This document shows positions 26,055 to 55,300 of a stretch of 64,000 bases of DNA, in pieces. A program made the translations under genes and the position numbers. The notes under the pieces are model-generated. The model saw nothing but the letters and a program-made list of their open reading frames with translations. It was not told where the DNA came from and did no database searches. The DNA is taken from contig OZ176053.1 in the NCBI GenBank assembly GCA_964247055.1, positions 12,586,001 through 12,650,000 on the forward strand, written 5' to 3'. Origin of the DNA: Paragordius varius (lineage: Eukaryota; Animalia; Nematomorpha). Each line of letters opens with the position of its first letter. Position 1 is the stretch's first letter.

Positions 26055-28231
26055 TTAAAAGGTCAAGCCTTAAAATTAAGTAAAACATACCTGATGTCGT
26101 TCCCTGGAAGTTAGTAAAGAAATTAGCATCTGATTGAACATAAACTCCTTAAATATAAAGGGTAAAAGATACCGGGATCCAGACATGCGGAGTAATCGTT
26201 TGATGTGTATGTGACATCATTATTATTAAAATTGGCATCTGATTGAACATAAACTCCTTAAATATAAAGGGTAAAAGATACCGGGATCCAGACATGCGGA
26301 GTAATCGTTTGATGTGTATGTGACATCATTATTATTAAAATTGGCATTTGATTGAACATAAACTCCTTAAATATAAAGGGTAAAAGATACCGGGATCCAG
26401 ACAAGCGGAGTAATCGTTTGATGTGTATGTGACATCATTATTATTAAAATTGGCATTTGATTGAACATAAACTCCTTAAATATAAAGGGTAAAAGATACC
26501 GGGATCCAGACAAGCGGAGTAATCGTTTGATGTGTATGTGACATCATTATTATTAAAATTGGCATCTGATTGAACATAAACTCCTTAAATATAAAGGGTA
26601 AAAGATACCGGGATCCAGACATGCGGAGTAATCGTTTGATGTGTATGTGACATCATTATTATTAAAATTGGCATTTGATTGAACATAAACTCCTTAAATA
26701 TAAAGGGTAAAAGATACCGGGATCCAGACAAGCGGAGTAATCGTTTGATGTGTATGTGACATCATTATTATTAAAATTGGCATTTGATTGAACATAAACT
26801 CCTTAAATATAAAGGGTAAAAGATACCGGGATCCAGACAAGCGGAGTAATCGTTTGATGTGTATGTGACATCATTATTATTAAAATTGGCATCTGATTGA
26901 ACATAAACTCCTTAAATATAAAGGGTAAAAGATACCGGGATCCAGACATGCGGAGTAATCGTTTGATGTGTATGTGACATCATTATTATTAAAATTGGCA
27001 TTTGATTGAACATAAACTCCTTAAATATAAAGGGTAAAAGATACCGGGATCCAGACAAGCGGAGTAATCGTTTGATGTGTATGTGACATCATTATTATTA
27101 AAATTGGCATTTGATTGAACATAAATTCCTTAAATATAAAGGGTAAAAGATACCGGGATCCAGACAAGCGGAGTAATCGTTTGATGTGTATGTGACATCA
27201 TTATTATTAAAATTGGCATTTGATTGAACATAAACTCCTTAAATATAAAGGGTAAAAGATACCGGGATCCAGACAAGCGGAGTAATCGTTTGATGTGTAT
27301 GTGACATCATTATTATTAAAATTGGCATCTGATTGAACATAAACCCCTTAAATATAAAGGGTAAAAGATACCGGGATCCAGACATGCGGAGTAATCGTTT
27401 GATGTGTATGTGACATCATTATTATTAAAATTGGCATTTGATTGAACATAAACTCCTTAAATATAAAGGGTAAAAGATACCGGGATCCAGACATGCGGAG
27501 TAATCGTTTGATGTGTATGTTACATCATTATTATTAAAATTGGCATCTGATTGCAGATAAAATCCTATACAGTAGGGTATGCAAAACATAAAGCTACAAA
27601 ATTTACCAAACTAATACAAGATATTAACATAATATTTTATCTTTGATTTTTGATGCGTTACTATAAAAACTAAAAGAAATACCCGGTCCAAAACTATTTC
27701 TGGTATACATTTTAAATGTATTAGCTTCTTTGAAAGCTTTTGAGCCTAATATATAGGGTAAAATATTACTGGATCCTACTGTACAGGGAAAATTTATCAG
27801 ATCTGTTTATTAAATAATTTTCCAAACCTACATCATCGTATGAGGACGATCCCCCTATTAGCAAACCATTGGTAGCTGATTTATGATATTGTAGAAGATT
27901 TATCAAAATATTCTCATGTTCTAAAAAATCGGCCACACTTCCGTTGCCGGATTGATTACATGCATCCATTTTTAATCTGATGCATAATCTGATGTTGTTG
28001 TATAACTTAATAACTTTGTCCACTGTAAATGCTTTTGGTACCAAAGTGTTGAATTCTTTGGTTAAAAGAATCCAATGCTTTCTTTTTTGGTATGATGTGT
28101 GTTTGTGGGATACTATAATTCGATAGCTAAATTTAAAAAAAATTATACCTTTTTTCTATTAAATGTACGAGTATTAAGCGAAAATCAATACGAGAGCTTT
28201 TATTTGCCGATTTTTTAATATGTGGCTTCAT
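26055..28231 (-). CDS. Harbinger Myb/SANT-like DNA-binding protein with a 13 x 28-aa repeat C-terminus (~546 aa)
   Basis: Exons 28149-28231, 27828-28126, 27770-27802, 27683-27745, thirteen 84-nt exons (27481-27564 stepping by 109 to 26173-26256), 26091-26147 and 26055-26068. Total 1641 nt, open. N-terminus RIDFRLILVHLIEKSYRIIVSHK..KRKHWILLTKEFN..FTVDKVIKLYNNIR..NQSGNG fits the Myb_DNA-bind_5/MSANTD pattern. Terminal exon uncertain. Confidence 0.78.
26091..27564 (-). repeat. 109-bp tandem array (13 full units plus a divergent partial unit) = 84-nt exon-like segment plus 25-nt GT...AG segment on the minus strand
   Basis: TGATTG recurs at 26131, 26240, 26349 and so on to 27548. Minus-strand unit has CCCG|GTATCTTTTACCCTTTATATTTAAG|GAG. 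Confidence 0.97.
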
Positions 28232-29775
28232 CGGAAATCAACCTCAAAAAGTACACTCAACATTCACATAAAATAAACATATGATTTAAAACAAGCCCAT
28301 TTCGGTGAAGGTAGAGACACCTTCACATGGGCCTCACTAACATTCGAAGACTTACACTTTAATTCTAAAGCGATAGAAGTGATCAGCATCAATAAATTAT
28401 TTAGAAAAAGTGTTTTTATAACATCTAAAAGCGCTTTAATACCGTCTCCATCATGGGTTAAAAAAATAAGTAGGCCTCAACAAAATTTGCTAAAAAATAA
28501 TTTTTTTGAATATATATGCATTTTTTAAAAACATTGGTATTCAAATTTAGCATATTTAATTATTGTGCAATCTCGGCATTTTGACCATTATTTTATCACT
28601 TCGATTCAAATTGGGGTATCTAAATATCCCAGACTAAATTAAATTAATATTTTTAAAAAACTACTGAAGGAAACGGTCCTAATTTAAATTTATGCCCTGA
28701 TAAAAATTATATAAATATGCCAAAATATCTTGATAAAATTTTGTTTTGAAAAAAAAGTTCCTCAAACTACTTCGACCCCATTATTATTTGCAAATTTTTT
28801 GCAAAATATCGTATTCATTTAATTTTAAGGGCACTAATTTTTTTATATAAATTACATTTAACATTGAGAGAAATAGAAAACGCGGTTTATTTTATTTTTT
28901 AATTTTACAATTTGACACATGTCTCAGTTAAGAAATTTTTACCTTTCGGATTTAGCTTACAATAAATTCAGTATTTTTGAATAAATTTTTTTATATATTT
29001 CGGTTTATTAATATTATCTAAGTACAATTTTTGCCATGGTTTCGATTTTGCATACTTTTTATATTTGATTTTAAAGGCATGTATCCAACTACCCCATTAA
29101 TCGAAGGACTAAAATGAGTGTGTTGTATCCAAGTGTTAAGAGAGCCCATTTCAGAAGAGCGAAAAAATTTAGAGTGTCGGACGCATCTAAAAAATAAAAT
29201 TTTAGAAAATATTGCTTTTTTATGTAGTTTATATTTTAGTGGTTATATTGAATGAACAATTTGCATTCACCAAAAAATATTTAACAATGTGTGCGCAAAT
29301 TTTGCTATTTTTAATACAGTTACAGTAAAAGTGATAATAACTTTATTATACTCGAGACCCATACCTTTTGTTTACCTATGTCCAGATAGTTTAAAACGTA
29401 ATAATTATTATGTAAGCACTCTCATGAGGTGTTTTAAATTATAATATTTAGATAATCAAATTAATTTAACTATTCTTTTTATTTTGAGTGCAGGTAACAA
29501 TTAAAACACATGTGCACCGCAACCATTTACAAAAATAAACCTTTCATTGTGTTTTTTTTAGTATAAATAAAGCGGCATAAATTTTCGTATATTATAACGT
29601 AGCTCGTATCCTACTCTTTTATATCGTCATTTGTTTTGTCTAAGCAGGTTTATTTTTATATTTATTATAGAAGTGTCATTACATATATCGGTGGCCAAAA
29701 TATTTTGACGCAGCTTTACCATATAACCAAAAAATATAATTTTATGCAATATTTACCATATAAACTATAATCTTG

Positions 29776-46813
<17,038 letters not shown>

Positions 46814-47223
46814 TGTAACGTTCTTTCAACTTCTACTTTGTAAATAATATAATTTGTATTTACCTATTTTTTTGTCCCTCCATACCTAGAACAATCAATG
46901 TGATATTATTTCAAAATTTAATCTAATTTCTCCTATATAATTAATGCTTATTCATCCATTGTAATCTTTAAAAAATGCTTATTATAAAAATATATTTATA
47001 TTTATGCCTTTTGACCAAAACTTGTCCATTTATTATCGCTACACGGACCAATATTATGAAACCCAAATAATTGTCTTAACTGTATGCATTTTTGTAATAT
47101 GATTTTCTTAAAACCATTTATATTATATTTAATTTTGCTTACATTACTTTAATAAATTTTTATATTTTCAAAAATGGAAATCATTGAGATTTCTTTTTTT
47201 ATAACAGTCTCAAAAGTCGTTTG

Positions 47224-48196
47224 TAACATGGTGTGGTCATAAGTTATTATCTGTTTATTAAGAGAAGCAGCAAAATGTACGCAGACGATTTATTTATTAA
47301 TTTTGTTCATCTGACATTAAACAACAAACACACACACAAGGTGAGTCCGCCAAAGACAACTGTATTTTAAACATTCATTAATTATGTCAAATCTTGTGGA
47401 AAAAAATTGATGCACGCATGCCATCAGGGGGAAAAATCTGTGAAATTTATTGTTTGCTGGAAGATATGATGAACAAGCTTTATCGATTAATGCGTGTGAA
47501 AGAGTTAGAGGGCTTTTGTGAACCAACCAACAGCGAAGACGCTCAGAAAGAGTTATTGGAAAATGAGCCAACTCAAACTTAACATTGGCACATTACATGT
47601 AGCACAAAAATAAATAGATGTTAACGAGCGGTAAGAATAAGAATCTTCAAGAAAATCGCCTAGTCACTTGGGAAATTTTGCTTCAACATCACGAAAGAAA
47701 TCAATCGTGCATTAAATGGGACGAGTGATAATGACTTTATAAAGCTGAAGTAGAAAAATTCGTGGCTTTTACTTTGGCACGACCGATCAGCACTACGACC
47801 AAATCGTTTTGGCAAAAAGTCTATGCACGGTGTCTGATGGGAGAGCGGTATTGTGTATTATGAACTTTTTAAATCCGGTGAAACCGTTATTCCACAACGC
47901 TATCGCCAATAATTGACCAAATGGCAAATCAATGGATTCTTTCGCATCCGCCGAACTTTCCATTTGACCAATATAATTTCGCATCAATAGGGTACACATG
48001 AATACCACTTCAATAATATCTAAAGGTTGAAAAATGGCTTGAATGGATGTCCGCCAAAGACAATTAGTTTTTTTTTCTAGCACAGCAATTCTAAATTATT
48101 TAAGAAATGGGCGAAATGTATAGAAGCTGATGGACACTATTTTAAATATAATACATAAATTTCTTTTACCAAAAACCCGAATGGCTACACCTGATA
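47224..48196 (+). mobile_element. Decayed mariner (Mos1-like) transposon
   Basis: ~47795-47915 translates RPNRFGKKSMHGV*WESGIVYYELFKSGETVIPQRYRQ*L (cf. Mos1 core). ELLENEPTQT is upstream and KWAKCIEADGHYF at the end. Right end reads TATCAGGTGT on the minus strand. Many stops and deletions. Confidence 0.8.
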
Positions 48197-49369
48197 CAGT
48201 TATAATTGGTTAAAACAGATCTAAAAATACACAGTAACATAGACGAACATACTATCTGAACTGATAAATAATAAAAGTCGGTATTTTTCAATTGACATTA
48301 AATAAATTGCAAAACACATACCAATTCAAAACCTGCTGCTTTATATCAAATGTGCGGCCGTTTATATACAGGAGAATATATTTTCTATGACCCTTAATAA
48401 CGTTAATTTAAATTATTGTTAAAGTTTAGAGATCATTTAAATTTTGGGGGGCATTAGTTAAAAATGGTAAGAAAAGTTTCATTAATTTGAATGTTTTTAG
48501 GGAAAATATCCAATAGTATAATTGGTAGAGAAGGACATCTACCACGGTGTAACTAAAAACCACCTAATTTAACATTGAAAAAATTTGCAAAGTGCAACAG
48601 TATTGGTTTAGCTCCACTTATTTTTACTCTTCAAAGAATAAAAATAGAGCGAAATTAGCCTTTTATAACCACAGGGTTCTGTTTTCTTGTTGAAAATGCA
48701 GCACTGTGTTTAATAAGAGTTAAATTTTAAGATTTTTGTTATCGAAAGCAAAGTTCTTGAACGGAACTTTGGCCATAATTTTTTAGAAGCCGGTTAAATG
48801 TTTTATAAACTAGTTCTATTTAAATACAGAAGATGTGGATAAATCATGTTTTATGCTTTATTTTTTAGATTACGGTAGAATTCCGCCCTAAACCTGCTTT
48901 TTAATTAACTCATGGTGATAGTCATGCAATTTTTTAGCCAAAAACAATCAAAATAACTTAAGTTTTTAATTTTTTTTTCAATAGATAAAAATGTTGATAT
49001 TATTATGTTTTATGAATAACGAAATATTGAATACAACAATCAATTTTGTATAATCTTTAAAGGTCACAATGTCAATATTTTGCCATGTTTACAATGGCTA
49101 AAAAATCATTTTACTTAATTAAACCGGATTTTCACAATGATAAAGTAGTGAGAAAATTCCAAAATCTCTTTTAAAAAATTAGATGTTTTATAAAAGGAAA
49201 CCCGTTTTAATTAAATTATAATTTCGTTATTTAATATTAAATATTTAAGAATGTGAATTTATTGTAGTGTATAAATATGTATCAAAATATTATATGCATA
49301 TTTAATAGTAATATAGGGGATATTCATTAACATATATAATTACTAAATAAAAATATAGTTTTTTCCTGC

Positions 49370-52300
49370 CTCAATCGTTTTCAAATTTTGTTTTGTGTTT
49401 CTGAGGGGTCGAGCATAAATTAGCCAAAGATTCTTCATCAAAACTAAGATTCTTTTTTGGAAACGTTTTGCCTAAAAGATGCCATAAAAAGAGAAATATT
49501 AATAACCTTTTAAATTTAGGTAGGCAACATAATTCTTGTGTAATATTAAAAATATGTTTTAAAAAACCAGAGTAAAATTACTTAGTAATGGCGTTTCAAA
49601 GTTATTTTCGTCAATTGAATTCATAGGATCGAAATCGGAATTTCCATTAACTACAAGAGCTCTTCGATACATTGTATCTCTACGACCAGGAGTTCGACCT
49701 AATCATTAAGAAATTAAGCGATTCTGATAATTAACTATACTTAAAATAAGGAACATCTCCGACAATATTTTTATTAAAATAAATATATTAAAGTTTTTAG
49801 CTGGTTATCAACACCTTTAAAAACTAATTATAAAGCAATACAATTGAAAATTTAATTTTACTTTTTATTTTAGCTTAAAGAAAGCACAATTTACATACCA
49901 GTGACTATATCGAACTTCCATTCATTAAATAAATCCTGAACCTTCTTACAGACTTGAGATACATTTTGCGTTCCCAAAATGGTAAAAAGTTTATTTACGT
50001 CCAAATGTACAGTTTCGAGATTCTTCAAAGAATTTATTGAATTTTCGTTATTTTTCGTGTGCAAGACTCCAAGTTGATTGAAAAATGCGGTAAGCTCGTT
50101 ACAATCTGTTGTTGTTTGATTCTATCGTGTTTAAACAAATTTTAGATACAGTTTGTAATACAAATATAACAGTATGCTGGGGTTTTACCTGTAACTGTTT
50201 TATAATGTCTTCAAATATTTCTTCATGATTTTGATCGGTTATATGCCCTTTGATATTTTTGATTTCGTGACAAATGTCCTAATAAATATTTTCAAATGCA
50301 AATATGTACCTTGCTATCTTGACTAATTTTAAAGGATAGATCTGTCTTTTTCTCGTTTGTTTTGGTTATAATAGATTCGGATTGGTGAGTTATCTAATAA
50401 AATATTTAATGGAAATCATACCTGTTCCAATTGTTTAGTATTGGTGTCAAAATATTGCTGGAGAGTTGTTTGGGAGTTTGTATTAAACACAGAAACTGAG
50501 TGAGATAATTGATCAATTTCGCTAATAATATATTTATAACAGTTTTAGCATGCAGGTTTTGTGTATAATAGTTTACCGATCATATAAAAAACAAAATTAT
50601 TTTATAATTTAATTAAAATCAAAAAGTTGCATTGCAAATTTTAAGCACACACTGGGTGTTTTTTAAACAGTTTACAAATATCTACAACACTAATCAAAAT
50701 ACACACCTTTCATAATCTAACACATTTTTTTAGTAGCTACTTTATTTAGGGCTTATTTAAAAATTTTGGTATTCGTATTTAAAATTGTCATTAAATATTT
50801 AACATATAATTGCTCAGGGATGCAAAGACCGACTCCCACCTCCTCGCGGGGCATCCCGGGTAACGCTAACGGGAGCGGCACTGTTTGTAAAGAACAGTCA
50901 ATGAACATCAATCCACAAGGAGGAAAACTAGTGTGTGGGGCGTGGCGGAATTGAGATTGGCTGTCTCATTTTCTTACAAAATACCACAATGCCTGTATTC
51001 ACACATATGGTTTTAAAGCGGGTTTATCTGGGCGCTATAACCAGCAGCCAGATGATAATAACGATAATATAAGTACTTAAAACGAAAGATGGAGTGGGAG
51101 CTTCCAAAGCCCAGAAAGGCACCTCCCTCGGCCGTAGACTTAAATCTACAAACGGATTGAGAGATTCGAAGTCTTTTTAGACACTCTCTAGCCTGGTACA
51201 GCGAATAAGGTACTCTCTCCTCCGAGTTAAGAGGTTGGCTATAAGGGCATATAGTCTATAAAAATCAAGCCTCATTACCTTTACCATGTTCAACAGCGAA
51301 ATAATAATGAATAAATACTACTTATAAAAACGTCTTTAAAGCTTTATATTATATATTTTTATACTGCATAATAATAATAATAATAATTATATTTTTAAAT
51401 AATACATCTACGGAAAAGTGAAATGTTACCGGAGAAAAAATCATTTAATATTAAAAATAATAACTTTAAATTTGGCACATGGAATGTCGGAACTCTTGTT
51501 GGAAAAGCTTGGATGATAATAAATGCGATTAAAGAACAAAAGCTTGACATATGTTGTTTACAAGAAACTCGTTTTAAAAACGGAGGTAATTATCAACATG
51601 AAGGTTTTACACTGTATTATGAAGGAGGAAAATCAGGGAAATCAGGAGTAGCAATAGCCATAAACGATCAAATAAAAGATATAATTGACATTACACGTCA
51701 CAACGACAGAATTATTCAAATGCGAGTGGCTTTCAATAACACCACCCTTAACATACTATCCATCTATACCCCTCAACAGGGTCAAAATGAAACTACCAAA
51801 CAGGAATTTTGGAATCAGCTTTATCAGATTGCACAAAATGTTCCCACAAATGACATACTTCTGATCGGCGGAGATTTTAATGGACACATTGGAATGCACG
51901 CTGATGGTTATGAAGGTATACACGGTGGAGTAGGTATTGGCTCTCGTAACAAAGAGGGCGAAACCCTCTTGGAATTCTGCAGTGCCGCGAACTTATTGAT
52001 TTGCAACACACACTTCTGTAAAAAACCTAGCCAAATCCACACATATAAAAGCGGAAATCACACATCGCAAATAGATTTTGTTTTGCTGAACCAACAACTT
52101 AGAAAAATTATAACCAACTTTAAAACTTATGAATATGATACACAACATAAACTAATAGTTGCTTTTTTAATAATAAATAAGAACCGACCTAGCCCTAAAA
52201 AATTGCCACAACTTAACGTTGCAAAACTTAATGATCCTAATACAAAGCATCAATACATCAACCAAATTACACCTGAACTAAAACATTCCCCTAACAACGT

Positions 52301-55300
52301 TCATGACGGCTGGGAGCATCTCAAAAACACCCTACTCTCAAACGTTTTTAAAATCTGCGGAAGAAAACGTACCAAAACAAAATCTCAATGGTGGTGGCAA
52401 AGCGATTTTAAACCCTTACTGAATGAGAAAAGAGATGCCTTTAAGAAATGGAAAGCTTCTAAACATGATGATGACAAACATTTTTACATAATGATTAAAA
52501 AAAGAGTAAAGAAAATAATAGCTGACAAAATGAATGAAAGATGTTTGGAAATGGCCAAAAAACTTGAGGGAGAAATTAAAAACTTAAAAGTTTTTAAAAC
52601 ACTAAAAAATATTAATAATAATAAAAAAGATATTCGGGTAGTGAAAGCCATAAAAGATAAAAATAACAACATAGTTACTGACACTCTTAGCATTCAAAAT
52701 GTATGGACACAATACATGCAAAATATGAATTTCCAGCATTCAAATGTCGAGATCCCAAACTTACCTCCAGTTATTGGGCCACCCCCAATCATTACTGCAG
52801 AAGATGTGAGCTTAGCCATGCAAAAATGTAAAATCAATAAGGCATCTGGTCCAACGGAAATCAAAACTGAAATGTACAAAAATATTCCTGAAGCAATTAC
52901 CTATTTCACAGAGCTATTTAATCTAATTATAATGGAGGAAAAAATCCCGAACGACTGGAACCAAAGTGTCATAATTCCAATATATAAAAACAAAGGCGAC
53001 ATGCTTAACTGCGCCTCCTACAGACCATTAAAATTACTTGAACACGCAACAAAATTATTCGAAATTATTATAGAAAAGAAAATACGTCAACTTTGCTCGA
53101 TCGACGAAAACCAATTCGGTTTCCAACAGGGGATCAGCACCTCTGACGCCATATTCATTCTTAGAAGGCTACAAGAGAACTACAGATGCAAAAACAAAAC
53201 CTTATATCACATCTTTATTGATTTAAGCCGTGCATTCGACTGCATCCCGCGGTCCATGATCACATTTGCGTTACGGAAAAAAGAAATTCCGGAATGGATA
53301 ATAAGAATAATAAACTTACTATATGAGAACACCACTAGTTGCGTGAGAACTCCCGTGGGTGCCAATCGATTTCCAGTAACTGTCGAACTACACCAGGGCT
53401 CCATCCTCAGTCCATTACTATTTATCATCATTATGGATGTAATAACTGATAATATAAAAACAGGTTTACCTTTTGAGATGATGTACGCTGACGACATAAT
53501 ACTAACAGCCACCAGCGAAACAGCCATTATCAATAAATATAACCTCTGGAAATCTACTTTAGAAAAATTTGGCCTCAAAATTGACATAGATAAAACAAAG
53601 GCTTTAATAACAGGCTCACCGGTACCTGAAATAAAATTCCCTTGCTCCATTTGTCACTCTGAAGTGAAACTTAATTCCATCAAATGCACCAAATGCCAGC
53701 TGTGGGTCCATAAAAAGTGCTCACAAATTAAAGGAAGTTTATTGGGCATTGAAAATTTTATATGTAAAGCTTGTGCAACACCAGATATAAACCAAAATAA
53801 TCCCACACAAACTACCTACCTTCCATCTCCAAACATCGAAATAGTAAACAGATACAATTACCTGGGTGACACAATAGCAGCTGATATGAATATTAAAAAC
53901 GCCATAACAACACGGTCACATCAGGCTTGGGCCAAATTTCATCAACTCAAGTATATAATGAAACACAAACACATTTCAAACCCAAACAAGGACAAAATCT
54001 ACACGATTGCCATTCGCCCTGCCCTCACCTATGCTAGCGAATGTTGGCCCTTAAACCAAACTAATGAAAATAAATTATGTGACATAGAAAGAAAAATCCT
54101 CAACTCATGCCTCACCAATCAGTATCACAATGATAAAACAAATAATAATAAAAGCATACATAATCTGTTTCATATCGCACCTATGTCTTCTTTTCTCAGA
54201 GCAAATCGTCTCAGATACTGGGGTCACATTGAACGCTCAAATAGTTGGATTAACAAAATTAGATCCTTTCATCCGAACGGCAATTTAAAACGAGGCAGAC
54301 CATACCATGATTGGGAAAAAACACTCAGCAATGACTTACACTTAACTCAACTGAACAAAGACGATTGTCTCGATCGCAAGCTATTTCGCTCAAGAATTTG
54401 GAAGCTAGCACATGCTGGACAAACAACGACTTGATGATGATATAATTGCTCAATAATTTTTACTAAAGCCAACGCTTTTTTGAACAGAAATATTTACATG
54501 GCCAATTATAAAATTGAATATCAATATATATCTCTTAAGATATGGAATTTCTAAATAACTTTGAGCAAAAATAAGAGTTGAGTTTGATTGGAAAGTAAAA
54601 GTCTAGGGTTGGAAATTCATTTATAATATTATATTCTAAATACTGCACCAACAATTTCAAAGCCACGTTATATCAGGCGGAATGCAACGAAAAAATCAAT
54701 GTAATACTACAAAAAAATATTTTATACCATTACCTTTTAAGAGCAAAGAAAACAGTATTAGTAATCAAACTTAAACTGTTTCAGACGAAAATTCCGAAAA
54801 ATTATTATAAGGTAAAATCAAATCAATTGTTCTAAGTGTGTTTAAAATATTTTAAACAGTGAATATAAAAAACATTTGTACATAATTTCAAATTAATATG
54901 AAAAATGTTTATTACCAGATTAGGCAATGTATTATGTAACAAATATTCTATATTTTAACATATTCGTCCTGTTTAAGATAAAAAATCATAAAATAAACGT
55001 ATTAATGAAAATTTTTAAAAGCCCGACAATCCAAACAAAATATTTAAATTAGTCATATGGTAATTAAGTTTCGTAAGTCACGGAAAAATTTTACTCGTTA
55101 ACTTGAGATTCTAACGTATCGATTTGTTCGAAATTTTCGTTTTGAACAAGAGACATTTGATTATAGAAATTATCGTTTTCATGTTTGTTATTGGATTCTA
55201 ATTCCTGCATTTGTTGCAGCAGGGCTTGAAGTTTCTTAAACACAAATATGGATATATTGGTTAAATACATAGAATAAATAATCAAAGATGACACGAATAA

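Larger units (their letters stand above)
21406..28333. mobile_element. Complete PIF/Harbinger DNA transposon, 6928 bp, three genes
   Basis: Perfect 15-bp TIRs GGCCCATGTGAAGGT (21406-21420) and ACCTTCACATGGGCC (28319-28333). 3-bp TSD TCA at 21403-21405 and 28334-28336. Contains a DDE transposase and a convergent Myb/SANT-like gene, the canonical Harbinger pair. Confidence 0.92.
50817..54439 (+). mobile_element. Full-length RTE-clade non-LTR retrotransposon, antisense within a kinesin-5 intron
   Basis: 13-bp TSD ATATAATTGCTCA at 50804-50816 and 54440-54452. ~606-nt 5' UTR, single ORF and a short (TGA)n tail. Confidence 0.92.

Noticed and set aside
21860-27564. CRISPR-like interpretation of the two arrays
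   Set aside because: Units are near-identical along their whole length with no unique spacers, no cas genes are present, and the context is eukaryotic.
46814-49370. Functional linkage of the convergent myosin II and kinesin-5 genes
   Set aside because: Adjacency of two motor genes is not evidence of co-regulation; it would need conserved synteny.
52484-53650. Antisense ORFs within the LINE ORF, and those opposite myosin exons
   Set aside because: Shadow ORFs of real coding sequence with no independent signals.
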